Shown here: positions 54,403 to 64,000 of the stretch, piece by piece
Position numbering within the stretch: the first letter of the stretch is position 1
How the letters are laid out: each line of letters starts with the position of its first letter
NCBI GenBank assembly: GCA_963761335.1
Contig: CAVXGR010000012.1
Location: forward strand, 64,001-128,000
Reading direction: 5' to 3'
DNA from: an uncultured delta proteobacterium
GTDB lineage: Bacteria > Desulfobacterota > Binatia > HRBIN30 > BPIQ01
Length of the DNA stretch: 64,000 nt
Made by a program: the position numbers and the translations under genes
Notes under the pieces: model-generated
Told to the model about the DNA's origin: nothing
Databases searched by the model: none
The model's input: the letters and a program-made list of their open reading frames with translations, nothing else

Positions 54403-55848
54403 TTACTTCTCCGAGAGGTAGCGCAGAATGGTGCGCACCGCGAAGCCGCTCGGCCCGGCGGGGTGGCCGGGGAAGGGCTTCTCGGCGACCGCCGTGCTGG
54501 AGAAATCGATGTGCGCCCAGGGAACGTCGCCGACGAACTCGCGCAAGAACAGGCCGCCGATGATGGTACCCGCCTGGCCGCTGCCGGTGTTCTTGATGTC
54601 GGCAATGCCGCTGTCGAGATCGCTGCGATACTCGGGCACCAGCGGCAGCTCCCAGAGCTTCTCGCCGGCGCGCTCGGCGGCGGCGATCAGCGCGCGCGCC
54701 AGCGCCGGCTCGGTCGACATCACCGCCGCGTAGCGCGAGCCCAGGGCGCTGCGCACGGCGGCGGTGAGGGTGGCGAAATCGATGACCACGTCCGGCTTGG
54801 CGCGACAGGCGAACGCCAGCGCATCGGCGAGCACCAGACGGCCTTCGGCGTCGGTGTTGAGCACCTCGATGGTGGTGCCGTTGAGGGCCCGCACCACGTC
54901 TCCCGGCTTGATGGCCGAGCCACTCGGCATGTTCTCGGTCGCCGGCACGTAGCCGCGCACCTCGATGGGAACAGCGAGATCGCGGATGGCGCTCATCACT
55001 CCGAGAACCACGGCCCCACCGGCCATGTCGCGCTTCTGGGACTGCATCGAATCCGCGTTCTTGAGCGACAGGCCGCCGCTGTCGAAGGTGATGCCCTTGC
55101 CCACCAAGGCCACGATGCGGCGCGGCCGCGGCGGGCGATAGACGATCTCGATGAAGCGCGGCGGCTGGACGGTGCCGCGCGCCACGCCGAGAAGGGCTCC
55201 CATCTTTAGGCGGCGGATGGCGCGCTCGTCGTAGACGCGCAGGCGCAGCCGCTGCTGGCGTGCGATGCGGCGGGCCTGCTCGGCGAGGTAGGACGGGGTC
55301 GCCACGTCCGCCGGCAGATTGACCAGATCGCGGGCGTAGCAGGCGGCGCGGGCAAGCAGGCGCCCGCGGGCAATGGCCGCCGCCGCGGCCCGGCCGCCGG
55401 CGCCGAGAAGGGTCACGGAGCGCGGCAGCGCGGCATTCGCCTGCGGCTTCGACTTGAAGCGCTGGAAGGTGTAGGCGGCCAGATCGAGGGTCTCCGCCGC
55501 GATCTCGACCGCGGCCGCGTCGGGCAGGAGCAGCGCCGCGGTGGCGGCACCGAGCTCCCGGGAGCGCTGCACGGTGGCGTCGGCGGCGGCCCGCCATGAG
55601 CCCGCATCGGAAGCGGTGCCGGCGATCACCAGGACGTGGCTCGCCCCGAGAGCCCCGGCGGGGACGGCGCAGAGAACCGCCGGGCCGCCCGGCACCTTGA
55701 AGCGCCTGCGCCGCAGGGCCGGCGCGATGACGCCGCCCGCGGCGCGGTCGATGGCGACAAGCGCCGGGGCGTCGGCCGCGGCGGCGACGACGACCAGCAG
55801 ATCGCAGCGAGCTGCCGCCGGAGCGCGGCGGCTCGAGAGAATATCCAC
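54403..55848 (-). CDS. pepA: Leucyl aminopeptidase (M17)
   Basis: GKGITFDSGG, DMAG, NTDAEGRL, ATLT, WAHID. Confidence 0.93.
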   Translation of the reverse strand: MDILSSRRAPAAARCDLLVVVAAAADAPALVAIDRAAGGVIAPALRRRRFKVPGGPAVLCAVPAGALGASHVLVIAGTASDAGSWRAAADATVQRSRELGAATAALLLPDAAAVEIAAETLDLAAYTFQRFKSKPQANAALPRSVTLLGAGGRAAAAAIARGRLLARAACYARDLVNLPADVATPSYLAEQARRIARQQRLRLRVYDERAIRRLKMGALLGVARGTVQPPRFIEIVYRPPRPRRIVALVGKGITFDSGGLSLKNADSMQSQKRDMAGGAVVLGVMSAIRDLAVPIEVRGYVPATENMPSGSAIKPGDVVRALNGTTIEVLNTDAEGRLVLADALAFACRAKPDVVIDFATLTAAVRSALGSRYAAVMSTEPALARALIAAAERAGEKLWELPLVPEYRSDLDSGIADIKNTGSGQAGTIIGGLFLREFVGDVPWAHIDFSSTAVAEKPFPGHPAGPSGFAVRTILRYLSEK

Positions 55849-55857
55849 GGCGTCTCC

Positions 55858-56160
55858 TCAGCTGGCGGCGTGCCGCTTCAGGTAATCGAGAAGCGTCGAC
55901 ACCTCATCGTCCGTCAGAGGTGGCATGCCGTGTCGGACGATCTCACCTTGCATGCGTTGGACCATCATCTTCCACATCTGGAACTTCATCGACCCCGGCG
56001 CATAGGCACCGTGGCAACCGGTGGCGCAGCGCTCCTTGTAGAGCTTTGCCCCGGGCGAGTCGGGCTCCGGCAGCCTGGTGCAGCCGCCGATGCCGACGAG
56101 CAGAGAAAGGGACGCAGCAACCAGAGCCGCGCCGAAGGCTGGAATGGCGCGCCGCTTCAT
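55858..56160 (-). CDS. Small monoheme cytochrome c lipoprotein
   Basis: Lipobox-like GIGGC, G..LY..RCATGCH, distal Met and a C-terminal LDYL helix. Confidence 0.7.
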   Translation of the reverse strand: MKRRAIPAFGAALVAASLSLLVGIGGCTRLPEPDSPGAKLYKERCATGCHGAYAPGSMKFQMWKMMVQRMQGEIVRHGMPPLTDDEVSTLLDYLKRHAAS

Positions 56161-56642
56161 GCTTCGGAACGATAGAAGGCCGCCTGCCCGGGGGTCTCCT
56201 CGACCCCCACCTGCACGGCGCGCAGCTCCTCGACTCCCTGGGCGGCGAGGCGGTGGCGAAGCTCGCCGGCAAGATAGCGGGCGAGCTCCTCGGCCGAGCT
56301 GTGCACGATCGGCAGGAGTATGCAGTCCGCTTCGGGAAAGCGGAACTCTCCCGATTCGGATTCGATGAGCAGCTGAGCGGCGTCGCGCCGGATCTTCAGA
56401 CAGTCGCTGCGGGCCGGAACCAGTACCTTCTCGTCCAGCGAGCTGCACACCTCGCGCGCCATGCGCTTCACCACGCCGAAGTCGACCACGTATCCCTGGG
56501 CGCCGAGAACTCCCTCCACCTCTACCGACACGCGGTAGTTGTGGCCGTGGAGGGCCTCGCGAAAACCTCGGTAGGCGATGAAGTGCGCCGCGGAGAACTT
56601 GAGATAATCCTTGGTGACGAAGACCTTGAACGATTCGCGCAC
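56157..56642 (-). CDS. queD: 6-pyruvoyl/6-carboxy-tetrahydropterin synthase family
   Basis: FSAAH, LHGHNY, VVDF, SAEELA, VEET. Confidence 0.85.
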   Translation of the reverse strand: MRESFKVFVTKDYLKFSAAHFIAYRGFREALHGHNYRVSVEVEGVLGAQGYVVDFGVVKRMAREVCSSLDEKVLVPARSDCLKIRRDAAQLLIESESGEFRFPEADCILLPIVHSSAEELARYLAGELRHRLAAQGVEELRAVQVGVEETPGQAAFYRSEA

Positions 56643-56737
56643 GACCAACAGCAATGCCGGGTCGCGCGGCGATCCGCAAGAGGCGAGAAGCGATCGGCGC
56701 GGGTGGAGGGGCCGTTGAGGCCGCTCCACTCGCGGCT

Positions 56738-56992
56738 TCAGGCGGACTTCGCCAGTTGCACGCCGAGGAGCTCAGGCGGAAACTGCGCCTCGGCCGCCAA
56801 TACTTCCATCGCCTTGCGCGCCAGCCGACTGGGAATGATGTGGCCGTTCTCCCAGCGATTGACGGTGGAGACGGTTACGCCGATCGCATGCGCAAACTCC
56901 TCCTGGGTCATGTTCAGCTTTCTGCGGAGCGCGGCGATGGCCACTCCCTGGTGCCTCTGGTCAACCCGATCGGCGGTGATCTCGACTGACAT
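56738..56992 (-). CDS. XRE-family HTH regulator
   Basis: LRRKLNMTQEEFAHAIGVTVSTVNRWENG. GGAGG RBS. Confidence 0.9.
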   Translation of the reverse strand: MSVEITADRVDQRHQGVAIAALRRKLNMTQEEFAHAIGVTVSTVNRWENGHIIPSRLARKAMEVLAAEAQFPPELLGVQLAKSA

Positions 56993-57411
56993 TCAAACCT
57001 CCTGCAAGCTTCGTCCGAGCGCTCCGTCGCGGAGGCTCCTCTTACAGCAGTGCGCTGAGCACGGCACGTGCCAGTTGACACGGACTCTGGCGCGAAGAGG
57101 CTTGAAGCGGTCTCGGGGGAGCAGGGGAGATTTGGCGGCAAATTCATGACGCTCTTTTGCCTGTTCTGTGTCGTTTGACCTTGCAAAAGCCGGCGGCTTT
57201 CGACAATCATACCCGAACACAGCCCAATCTAGGCTGCCGAGAGGCGGGTAAACTCTTTCAACCCGACCCGTTCGCGTACTCGCTGGCTCAAGGAAGCCTT
57301 CCTCTACCCGGCTGAGCGACTCTTCTCTCAGCCGTGCCGTGGAGGACGCGCCTCCTTCGACGCGATAGCCATTCCCCGGCGCCGGCGACCGGACCAACGG
57401 AGGAAAACCCC

Positions 57412-57909
57412 ATGCCACAGGCACGACAAAGCGCTCGCGTTGCCGCGATCATCCTGACGATGAGCATGGCTCTCTTCTGGCCCGCCCCGCCGGTGCTCGC
57501 AAAGAAGGCGCCGCTGCACAGTGCTGCCGTGCGGGGAAAGAGGTTCGTGGCGAAGGCCTCCTGGTACGGCCGAGAGTTCGAGAAGCGGGCGACGGCCAGC
57601 GGCAGGGCCTTCCGCAGCAAGGAGCTCACCTGCGCCCACCGCAGTCTGCCCTTCGGCACCGACCTGCGGATCACCAACCTCGCCAACGGCCGCACCGTGG
57701 TGGTGCGCATTACCGACCGGGGTCCGTATGTCCCGGGGCGCGACCTCGACCTTTCCTTTGAGGCGGCGCGCCGCCTGGGAATGCTCGACGCCGGGGTCGC
57801 CCGGGTCGAGGCGGAGCTGCTTCCCAAGGTGGCGGAGAGATCGCCGATCCCGGTCGCCCTGGTGACCTCGCCGCTCGGCTTGCTGCGCGCCCGCGCCGTC
57901 ACCCGCTGA
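57412..57909 (+). CDS. rlpA: RlpA-family lytic transglycosylase (DPBB)
   Basis: ASWYG, TASG, CAHRSLPFGT, DRGPY, DLS..AA..LG. Confidence 0.92.
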   Translation: MPQARQSARVAAIILTMSMALFWPAPPVLAKKAPLHSAAVRGKRFVAKASWYGREFEKRATASGRAFRSKELTCAHRSLPFGTDLRITNLANGRTVVVRITDRGPYVPGRDLDLSFEAARRLGMLDAGVARVEAELLPKVAERSPIPVALVTSPLGLLRARAVTR

Positions 57910-57931
57910 CGCTGCGCGCCTTGCCGCCGGC

Positions 57932-58369
57932 TCAGCTCTCGGCGCCGGACTTGTCGGAGCTGCTCGCGGGCGAGGCGGCGGACTTTGCTGTCAGCTGCCG
58001 CTCCAGCTGGCTGATGCGGCGATTGAGCGTCTGCAGCTCCTGGCGGGACGGCAGGTCGAGCCGGCGGAGCAACGGATTGATCCGCTTCGAGGCTTCCTTT
58101 TCCAGGGTCGAGAGGAATCTCTCGGCGCGCGACTCCATGTCCTTGGTGGCCCGGTCGGCGCGTTTCTCCAAGTCGTCGCGGAGCCGCGTTGCTTGCGACA
58201 GCAGGCGGTCGACAGCGCGGCGCTGATCCTTGGTGATCAGTGTCGAGGCCTGCTTCTGGGTGCGCCGCAGAAGGCTCTCGGCTTCCTTCTGCAGGCGCTT
58301 CATGTTCGTCTGTAGACGAGTGATCGCCTGTTCCGAGCCCCGCTTCGATTTCGTCTTCCGCTTCGCCAT
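57932..58369 (-). CDS. Phasin/PHA-granule-associated-like coiled-coil protein
   Basis: Amphipathic helices and C-terminal L.RLDLPSR.EL..L..RI..LE. Confidence 0.7.
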   Translation of the reverse strand: MAKRKTKSKRGSEQAITRLQTNMKRLQKEAESLLRRTQKQASTLITKDQRRAVDRLLSQATRLRDDLEKRADRATKDMESRAERFLSTLEKEASKRINPLLRRLDLPSRQELQTLNRRISQLERQLTAKSAASPASSSDKSGAES

Positions 58370-58574
58370 CGATTTCCCCTTTACTCTATCTGTAGCGTGA
58401 GCCCTGGCGGGTTGGCAAGCCCGTATTCGCGTGTGGGGCTCCCGAGGGCCCGCCCGGGGGATAGGGCGTTGTCGACGACGTTGTCGACGACGCTGTTGAC
58501 GTCTGCCCACCGGATTCGGCATGATGCGCTGGTTTTCGTCCAAGCGGCCGGGCGTCAGGAGCAGACTCGAGGAA

Positions 58575-61025
58575 ATGGGTTGGGGGAACCGTATGAGCGC
58601 GGCCGTCCTCGTCGCCGTGGCTCTGATGGGGCCCGCCGCGACAGTGCGGAGCGCCGCAGCGCAGTGCGGGGAAGGTGAGGGCGGTTTTTCGACGCTGCTC
58701 GAGTCGCTGTTCAACACCGGCGGCAGTGATCCCAACTGCGACGGCGTCCCCTCGGCCGCCGACGTCATCGCCCTGGTGCAGCAGATGGCGCGGCCGTTCA
58801 CGCCCACGGAGACCACCATACCCACCGTGACGCCGACCCCGCAGCCGGGACCGGCGATCGTCTTCTTCGGGCTCGCTGCCGCCGACGGACAGCTGCAGAG
58901 CCCCTTTGCCTCCACCGAGGACGGCGTCCCCATCTACCAGCGCTCCACCGGTCTCGGCTTCCGCGTGGTCGTCGAGGCCGCACCCGGGCCCAACGGCGCT
59001 GCGGTCGGCGAGTCTCTGCTGGTGCCCGAAGGCCGACCCGATCTGCAGATCGAGTCGACGGAGCCCCTCGGGGATGGCAGTGCGGCAGTCTGCGACGGTG
59101 GGGTGCCGGCGGTGAACCCACCCGACTTCGGCGCTGGCGGGGAGGTCGATGCGGCGCTCAACGACCTTGCCTGCCGCTTCCGCGGCGTCACCAACTCCCG
59201 CCTGAGCTGTGTCGTCGACGCCTTCTCGCGCACCAGCTTCGCCTCGCCCGATACGCGCATACAGTTCTGCGCCCTCTTCGACAGCCTGCTGGCCGTTCCC
59301 GTCGGCGAGACGGCGCTGACTGTACAAGTCGCCGACGTGAACGGCGTGCTCGGGGATCGGCGGCAGCTGATTCTGCGCGCCGGGCTGCCGATCCAGCCGA
59401 CGGCGACCTTCTCGCCGACGCCATCTTCGACGGCGACGCCGAGCCGCACGCCCAGCATCACGCCGACCGGCCAGCCAACTTCGACCGCCACCATCTCGCG
59501 GACGCCCACGCATACGGCGACCCCCACGCATACGCAGAGCCCGCCTCCCTCGCCGACGCGCAGCAACTCCCCCACCGCTGTGCCCACCGCGACCGGCTCG
59601 CGATCTCCGAGCCCGACGGCGACGCGAACGCCGACGGTGACCAGAACCGCGACAATCACCCATACGGCGACCATCACGCCGACGGCGACCGCGACCACCA
59701 CCGGGTCACAGCCGCCGACGCACACACCTTCGCACACGCCGACGGCAACGCGCAGCGCCACGCCAACAGTCACGGCGACGGGCACCCGTCCGTTGACCTT
59801 CACCCCGACGTTGACACCGACCGATGCCATCCCGCCGACGAGCACCAAAACGCCCACCAGGACGTCGACGCCGACACGCACGGTGGTCGCCGATACGGCC
59901 ACCCCGCGACTGACGTTCACGCCGACGGTGACGCCGACCGTGACGGCCACCTTCCGCCTCTCGCCGACACCGACGCGGACACCGACGATCACCCTGAGCC
60001 CGACCTCGACCACGCGTCCGACCCTGACCCCCACGCCGAGCACGACGCGGACGCCGACGCGCACGCCGACGATCACGCGCACGGCGAGCGCCTCGGTTAC
60101 CCCGACTCAGCCGCCGACGCTGACCTCGACGCGAACCTCGACGCCGACGCGTACGCCGACGCGCACGCCGACATCCACGAAGACGGGCACCAACACCAGC
60201 ACGCCGACACCGACGCGCACGGCGACGCGCACCAGCACGGCCACGGCCACGCCGACGGTGACCATGACAGCCACGGTCACTCCCACTCCCAGCGTGACGC
60301 CGACGCCGACCACGACGCGGACGGCAACGGCGACGGGAACGGTGACGCAGACCCGCACGGCAACGGCGACGCCGACGGTGACGCCGACGCCGACGATCAC
60401 CCGCACGCCGTCGCCCACCCCGCCTCCCGGACCGCGAATCACCTTCTTCGGCATCGCCGACGCCGACGGCAAGCTCACCGATCCGACCGGCACCACGGCC
60501 GAGGGCATTCCCTTCTACGATCGTCCGCTCGGCTTCGGCTTCATCATCGTCGTCGAGTCCCGACGCGGCGGCGACAACTCCAAGCCCGGGGACTCGACCT
60601 ACAACTACTCGCCTTTCGATCCGGCCGTCCGCCCCGATCTGCAGATCATTGCCAGCAAACCCCTCGGCACCAACCCGACGACCGTCGTCTGCGACAACAC
60701 GCTGCCAAACTACGGCGGGGTGCCGGCGGTCGACCCGGTGGACTTCTCGGTCACCCAGCCCATATCCGACGCCCTGAACGACCTCGGCTGCCGCTTCGTC
60801 AACGGCACCGGTGAGATGAAGGGCCGCTCCTCGGCCGAGGCCTGCGTGCTGAAATCGGATGGCCAGCTGAGCTTCGTGGTGCAACAGTCCGAGGTGCAAT
60901 TCTGCGCCACGGTTCCCAAGCTCCTCGCCTTTCCGCAGGGAGACACCTTGCTCACCGTACGCGTCGCCAACATTGCCGGAATCACCGGTGAGGTGAAGCA
61001 GATCATCCTGCGTTCGCAGAGCTGA
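58575..61025 (+). CDS. Secreted protein: two homologous Cys-containing domains separated by a long Thr/Pro linker
   Basis: Signal peptide and dockerin-like DPNCDG..AD. Duplicated GP.I.FFG.A.ADG..RPDLQI..VCD..ALNDL.CRF..QFCA. Confidence 0.85.
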   Translation: MGWGNRMSAAVLVAVALMGPAATVRSAAAQCGEGEGGFSTLLESLFNTGGSDPNCDGVPSAADVIALVQQMARPFTPTETTIPTVTPTPQPGPAIVFFGLAAADGQLQSPFASTEDGVPIYQRSTGLGFRVVVEAAPGPNGAAVGESLLVPEGRPDLQIESTEPLGDGSAAVCDGGVPAVNPPDFGAGGEVDAALNDLACRFRGVTNSRLSCVVDAFSRTSFASPDTRIQFCALFDSLLAVPVGETALTVQVADVNGVLGDRRQLILRAGLPIQPTATFSPTPSSTATPSRTPSITPTGQPTSTATISRTPTHTATPTHTQSPPPSPTRSNSPTAVPTATGSRSPSPTATRTPTVTRTATITHTATITPTATATTTGSQPPTHTPSHTPTATRSATPTVTATGTRPLTFTPTLTPTDAIPPTSTKTPTRTSTPTRTVVADTATPRLTFTPTVTPTVTATFRLSPTPTRTPTITLSPTSTTRPTLTPTPSTTRTPTRTPTITRTASASVTPTQPPTLTSTRTSTPTRTPTRTPTSTKTGTNTSTPTPTRTATRTSTATATPTVTMTATVTPTPSVTPTPTTTRTATATGTVTQTRTATATPTVTPTPTITRTPSPTPPPGPRITFFGIADADGKLTDPTGTTAEGIPFYDRPLGFGFIIVVESRRGGDNSKPGDSTYNYSPFDPAVRPDLQIIASKPLGTNPTTVVCDNTLPNYGGVPAVDPVDFSVTQPISDALNDLGCRFVNGTGEMKGRSSAEACVLKSDGQLSFVVQQSEVQFCATVPKLLAFPQGDTLLTVRVANIAGITGEVKQIILRSQS

Positions 61026-61097
61026 GGCCGCGCCGCAATCGATCTTCGCCAGCGGTGGTGATAGTCTCCGGCGCGCTGCCCGAGGCAGCATGAAGAC

Positions 61098-61253
61098 ATG
61101 CAGTACGTTTGCGGCAACTGTGGCGCTGTGTTCCCGACTCTGCCGTTTGAGGGGCGCTGTCCCCGATGCGACAACGTCGTGCGGCCTGAGTCCGATTCGC
61201 ACGAGCCGCGCGAACGACAGCCGGAGCCGGGCCCGGCCAAGAAGCAGAGCTGA
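61098..61253 (+). CDS. Small zinc-ribbon protein (51 aa, below ORF-track cutoff)
   Basis: MQYVCGNCGAVFPTLPFEGRCPRCDNVVRP...KKQS*, with two CxxC motifs. Confidence 0.65.
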   Translation: MQYVCGNCGAVFPTLPFEGRCPRCDNVVRPESDSHEPRERQPEPGPAKKQS

Positions 61254-61289
61254 GCGCCGCTACGCGGCGGCGGAATTCGCCGCGCCAGA

Positions 61290-61925
61290 GCGGTGCTGCG
61301 GGCGCTCACCGAGGCCGCGGATCGGCGGGGCATCACCCGACTTTCGGCCCGGCGGGTGGTCGCTCTCGAGCGCGCCGGCAGCCGCATCGAGTCGCTGCGT
61401 CTCGAAGACGGCGGACGGGTGTCGGCGGCCGCCACGGTGATTGCCGCCGGCTGGTGGACGACTGGCCTGCTGGCGCCGCTCGGGGCGCGGTTGCCGGTGC
61501 GCCCGGCGCGCGGCCAGCTGCTCGCCGTCGAGCTTCGCGTCTCGCCGCCGCCGACCCTTCTCGCCTGCGGCGAGACGCTGCTGATCCCGCGTCCCGGGGA
61601 TCGGATGTGGATCGGCAGCTCGGTCGAGTACGGGGCCGATCCGCAGCCGACGGCAACGGCGCGACAGCGCCTCCTGGGCGGCGCCGCGGCACTGATTCCA
61701 GCGCTGGAGACCGCTCCCATCGTCGGCGAATGGACCGGCATCCGGCCCTGCTCGAGCGTGCATCGGCCGATCGTCGATCGCATCCCCGGGCTCGAGCGGG
61801 CCTTCGTCGCCACCGGCCACCACCGCCGCGGATATCTTCTGGCTCCGATCACGGCAGCGGCGGTGGCCGCCATGGTCCTCGGCGAGCCGCCGCCGATCCC
61901 CATGCGGCCGCTCTGCTGGCGGTAA
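61290..61925 (+). pseudogene. thiO: Glycine oxidase (ThiO/DAO family), C-terminal part only
   Basis: VIAAGWW, PARGQ, WTGIRP, ATGHHRRG.LLAP.TA. The N-terminal GxGxxG region is absent. Confidence 0.75.
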
Positions 61926-62010
61926 CCGCCGAGAGCGCAGAGGAAGAAGAGAGCGCCGAGAGGGGAATCGCGGAGGTGCAGAGCGGAAGGAAAGGGCGCT
62001 GAGGCGACTC

Positions 62011-62661
62011 TCAGGTACGGCTGCGCTCCGCCGCGGCTCGGAGCCGCGCGAACACGGCGCCGGGATCAGCGGCGGCGCAGATGGCGCCGATCATGGCGAC
62101 GCTGTCGGCGCCGGCATCGAGAATTCCAGGGACCGCATCGGCGACAATGCCGCCGATGGCAGCAATCGGCAGGCGGGTGAGGGGGCGCACGCATCGCAGG
62201 CCCTCGACTCCCTGCACGGGGTCGGGCCGCTCCTTGTTGCGGGTGGCGAAGATCGGACCGAAGCCGATGTAGTCGATCCCCGACATCCGCTCGGCGGCGC
62301 GCACCTGCTCGGCGTCGTGGGTCGACCAGCCGATGATCGCCTGCGGCCCGAGGATGCGGCGGGCGTCCGCGGGCGACAGGTCCTGCTGCCCGAGATGCAC
62401 GCCGGCGGCGCCGGCGGCCAGGGCGATGTCGGCGCGGTCGTTGATGAGCAGCCGGGCCGCATGCGCGTCGGCGCGGCGACGCAGCTCGAGCGCCACCTCC
62501 AGCACCTCCTGCGTGGGCCGATCCTTCATGCGCAGCTGGATCAACGGCGCGCCGGCGGCCAGGAGTGCAGCCGCCAGCTCGACGGCGCGGTGCGGGGGGC
62601 CGCCCAGTGGATCGACGATCGGGTAGATGCGCGCCGGGAAGCGGAAGCCGAGGGACGACAC
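62011..62661 (-). CDS. thiE: Thiamine-phosphate synthase
   Basis: QLRMK, INDR, GVHLGQQD, STH, GPIFAT..K, AIGGI. Confidence 0.95.
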   Translation of the reverse strand: MSSLGFRFPARIYPIVDPLGGPPHRAVELAAALLAAGAPLIQLRMKDRPTQEVLEVALELRRRADAHAARLLINDRADIALAAGAAGVHLGQQDLSPADARRILGPQAIIGWSTHDAEQVRAAERMSGIDYIGFGPIFATRNKERPDPVQGVEGLRCVRPLTRLPIAAIGGIVADAVPGILDAGADSVAMIGAICAAADPGAVFARLRAAAERSRT

Positions 62662-62689
62662 GGCCGGGGACGGGCAGGGCGGCCCCCGC

Positions 62690-64000
62690 TCAGGGCTCGC
62701 CCCCCTGCGGCTCCTCGGACGCCGGCCGGCGTTTCAGATCGATCTTGAGCTGGGTGATTTTCTTCCGCAGCGTGTTGCGATTGATCCCCAGGATGGACGA
62801 CGCCTTCAGCTGGTTGCCGTGGGCGCGCTCGAGGGCAAGCTCGATCAGCGGGCGCTCGACGCGCTCCATCACCACCGCATAGAGGTCGTGCTCCTCGACT
62901 CCGCCGGTGCGGCGGAAGTACTCCGCCAGCTTGAGGCGCACGATGTCCTCCAGCGAGAGACCGTCGTACCCGGGTGCCGGCGCCTCACTCGACAGCGAGA
63001 AGTCGCTCGGCAGAAGGGTTCGCCCCGGGGCGAGAACCGCGGCGCGCACCAGCGTGTTCTCCAGCTCGCGCACATTCCCGGGCCAGCCGTACTTCAGCAA
63101 CAGCTGCTGCGCCGCCGGCGACAGCCCGGTGATCTCGGTTCCCATGTCGCGGTTTACCTTCTCCAGGAAGTACTGAATCAGCTCGGGGATGTCTTCGCGC
63201 CGCTCGCGCAGCGGCGGCACGCGGATGGGAACCACGTTCAGGCGGAAGAACAGGTCCTCGCGGAAGCGGCTCTGAGAGATGGCGCGCTCCAGCTCCTGGT
63301 TGGTGGCGGCGACGATGCGGCAGTCGACCTTGAGGACCTCATGGCCGCCGACCCGAGTGAGCTCGCGCTCCTGCAGCACGCGCAGCAGCTTCGCCTGCAG
63401 GTCGAGCGGCATGTCGCCGATCTCGTCGAGGAACAGCGTCCCGCCGCAGGCCGCCTCGAACTTTCCGGGCCGCTGCTCGAGGGCGCCGGTGAAGGCGCCC
63501 TTCTCGTAGCCGAACAGCTCGCTCTCGAGAAGGTCGCGGGGCACCGCCGAGCAGTTGAGGGCGATGAACGGCCCGCTCCAGCGCGCCGAGTGGTAGTGCA
63601 GGGCCTTGGCGATGAGCTCCTTGCCGGTGCCGCTCTCTCCCTGGATGAGCGCGGTGACGTCGGTGCGCGCCACGCGGCCGATCGTCTTGTAGATCTCCTG
63701 CATCGGAGCCGAGCGGCCGACGATCTCGACGCCCAGCTCGAAGCGCCGCCGCATCTCGTGCTCCAGCCGGCGCAGGTCGCGCGACAGCCGCTGCACCTCG
63801 AGAGCGCGCTGCACCAGGGCGGTGACCTCGTCGATGTCGAAGGGCTTGGTGATGTAGTCGTAGGCGCCGCGCTTCATCGCGTCGATGGCGTTCTTCATGG
63901 TGTTTTGCGCCGTCATGATGATGATCGGCGTGGACACCCCCGCTTCGCGCGCCCGCGTCAGCAGGTCCAGGCCCTCGACTCCCGGCATCTTGATGTCGAC
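62690..64000 (-). CDS. Sigma-54-dependent response regulator (NtrC family), 5' end outside window
   Basis: Receiver remnant, [30 protein letters not shown], Fis-type HTH. Confidence 0.95.
   Translation of the reverse strand, partial: VDIKMPGVEGLDLLTRAREAGVSTPIIIMTAQNTMKNAIDAMKRGAYDYITKPFDIDEVTALVQRALEVQRLSRDLRRLEHEMRRRFELGVEIVGRSAPMQEIYKTIGRVARTDVTALIQGESGTGKELIAKALHYHSARWSGPFIALNCSAVPRDLLESELFGYEKGAFTGALEQRPGKFEAACGGTLFLDEIGDMPLDLQAKLLRVLQERELTRVGGHEVLKVDCRIVAATNQELERAISQSRFREDLFFRLNVVPIRVPPLRERREDIPELIQYFLEKVNRDMGTEITGLSPAAQQLLLKYGWPGNVRELENTLVRAAVLAPGRTLLPSDFSLSSEAPAPGYDGLSLEDIVRLKLAEYFRRTGGVEEHDLYAVVMERVERPLIELALERAHGNQLKASSILGINRNTLRKKITQLKIDLKRRPASEEPQGGEP

Overview
High-GC bacterial DNA. 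The dockerin-like and Thr/Pro-repeat secreted proteins suggest Candidatus Binatia or a related deltaproteobacterial lineage (inference only). The window has two parts. (1) Positions 1 to ~29078 are a defence-rich genomic island integrated at the 3' end of tRNA-Arg(TCG) by a tyrosine integrase; it runs off the left edge. It carries a Type III R-M pair (res has a 1-bp frameshift), an EVE-like/HNH + ASCH pair, a decayed IS481-like/ExeA transposon interrupted by an intact IS66, a nuclease-STAND NTPase, and an unusual CBASS locus. In that locus a CdnG-like CD-NTase and E2 are translationally coupled to an XRE-metallopeptidase and a PIN-like gene, followed by a SAM methyltransferase and DUF1848. A SAVED-HExxH peptidase-like effector faces the other way across a palindromic, apparently bidirectional promoter. 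This is the best candidate for an undescribed system. (2) Positions ~29300-64000 are mostly core genes (cysS, acs, cysK, valS, nadC, birA, coaX, fusA-like, pepA, queD, rlpA, thiE, NtrC-like) plus a KaiC-like signalling trio, REP elements and octamer hairpins. Several broken genes here (tRNA-Leu/SDR mosaic, 5'-less thiO) may be assembly artefacts. All family calls come from motif recognition by eye, not database searches.
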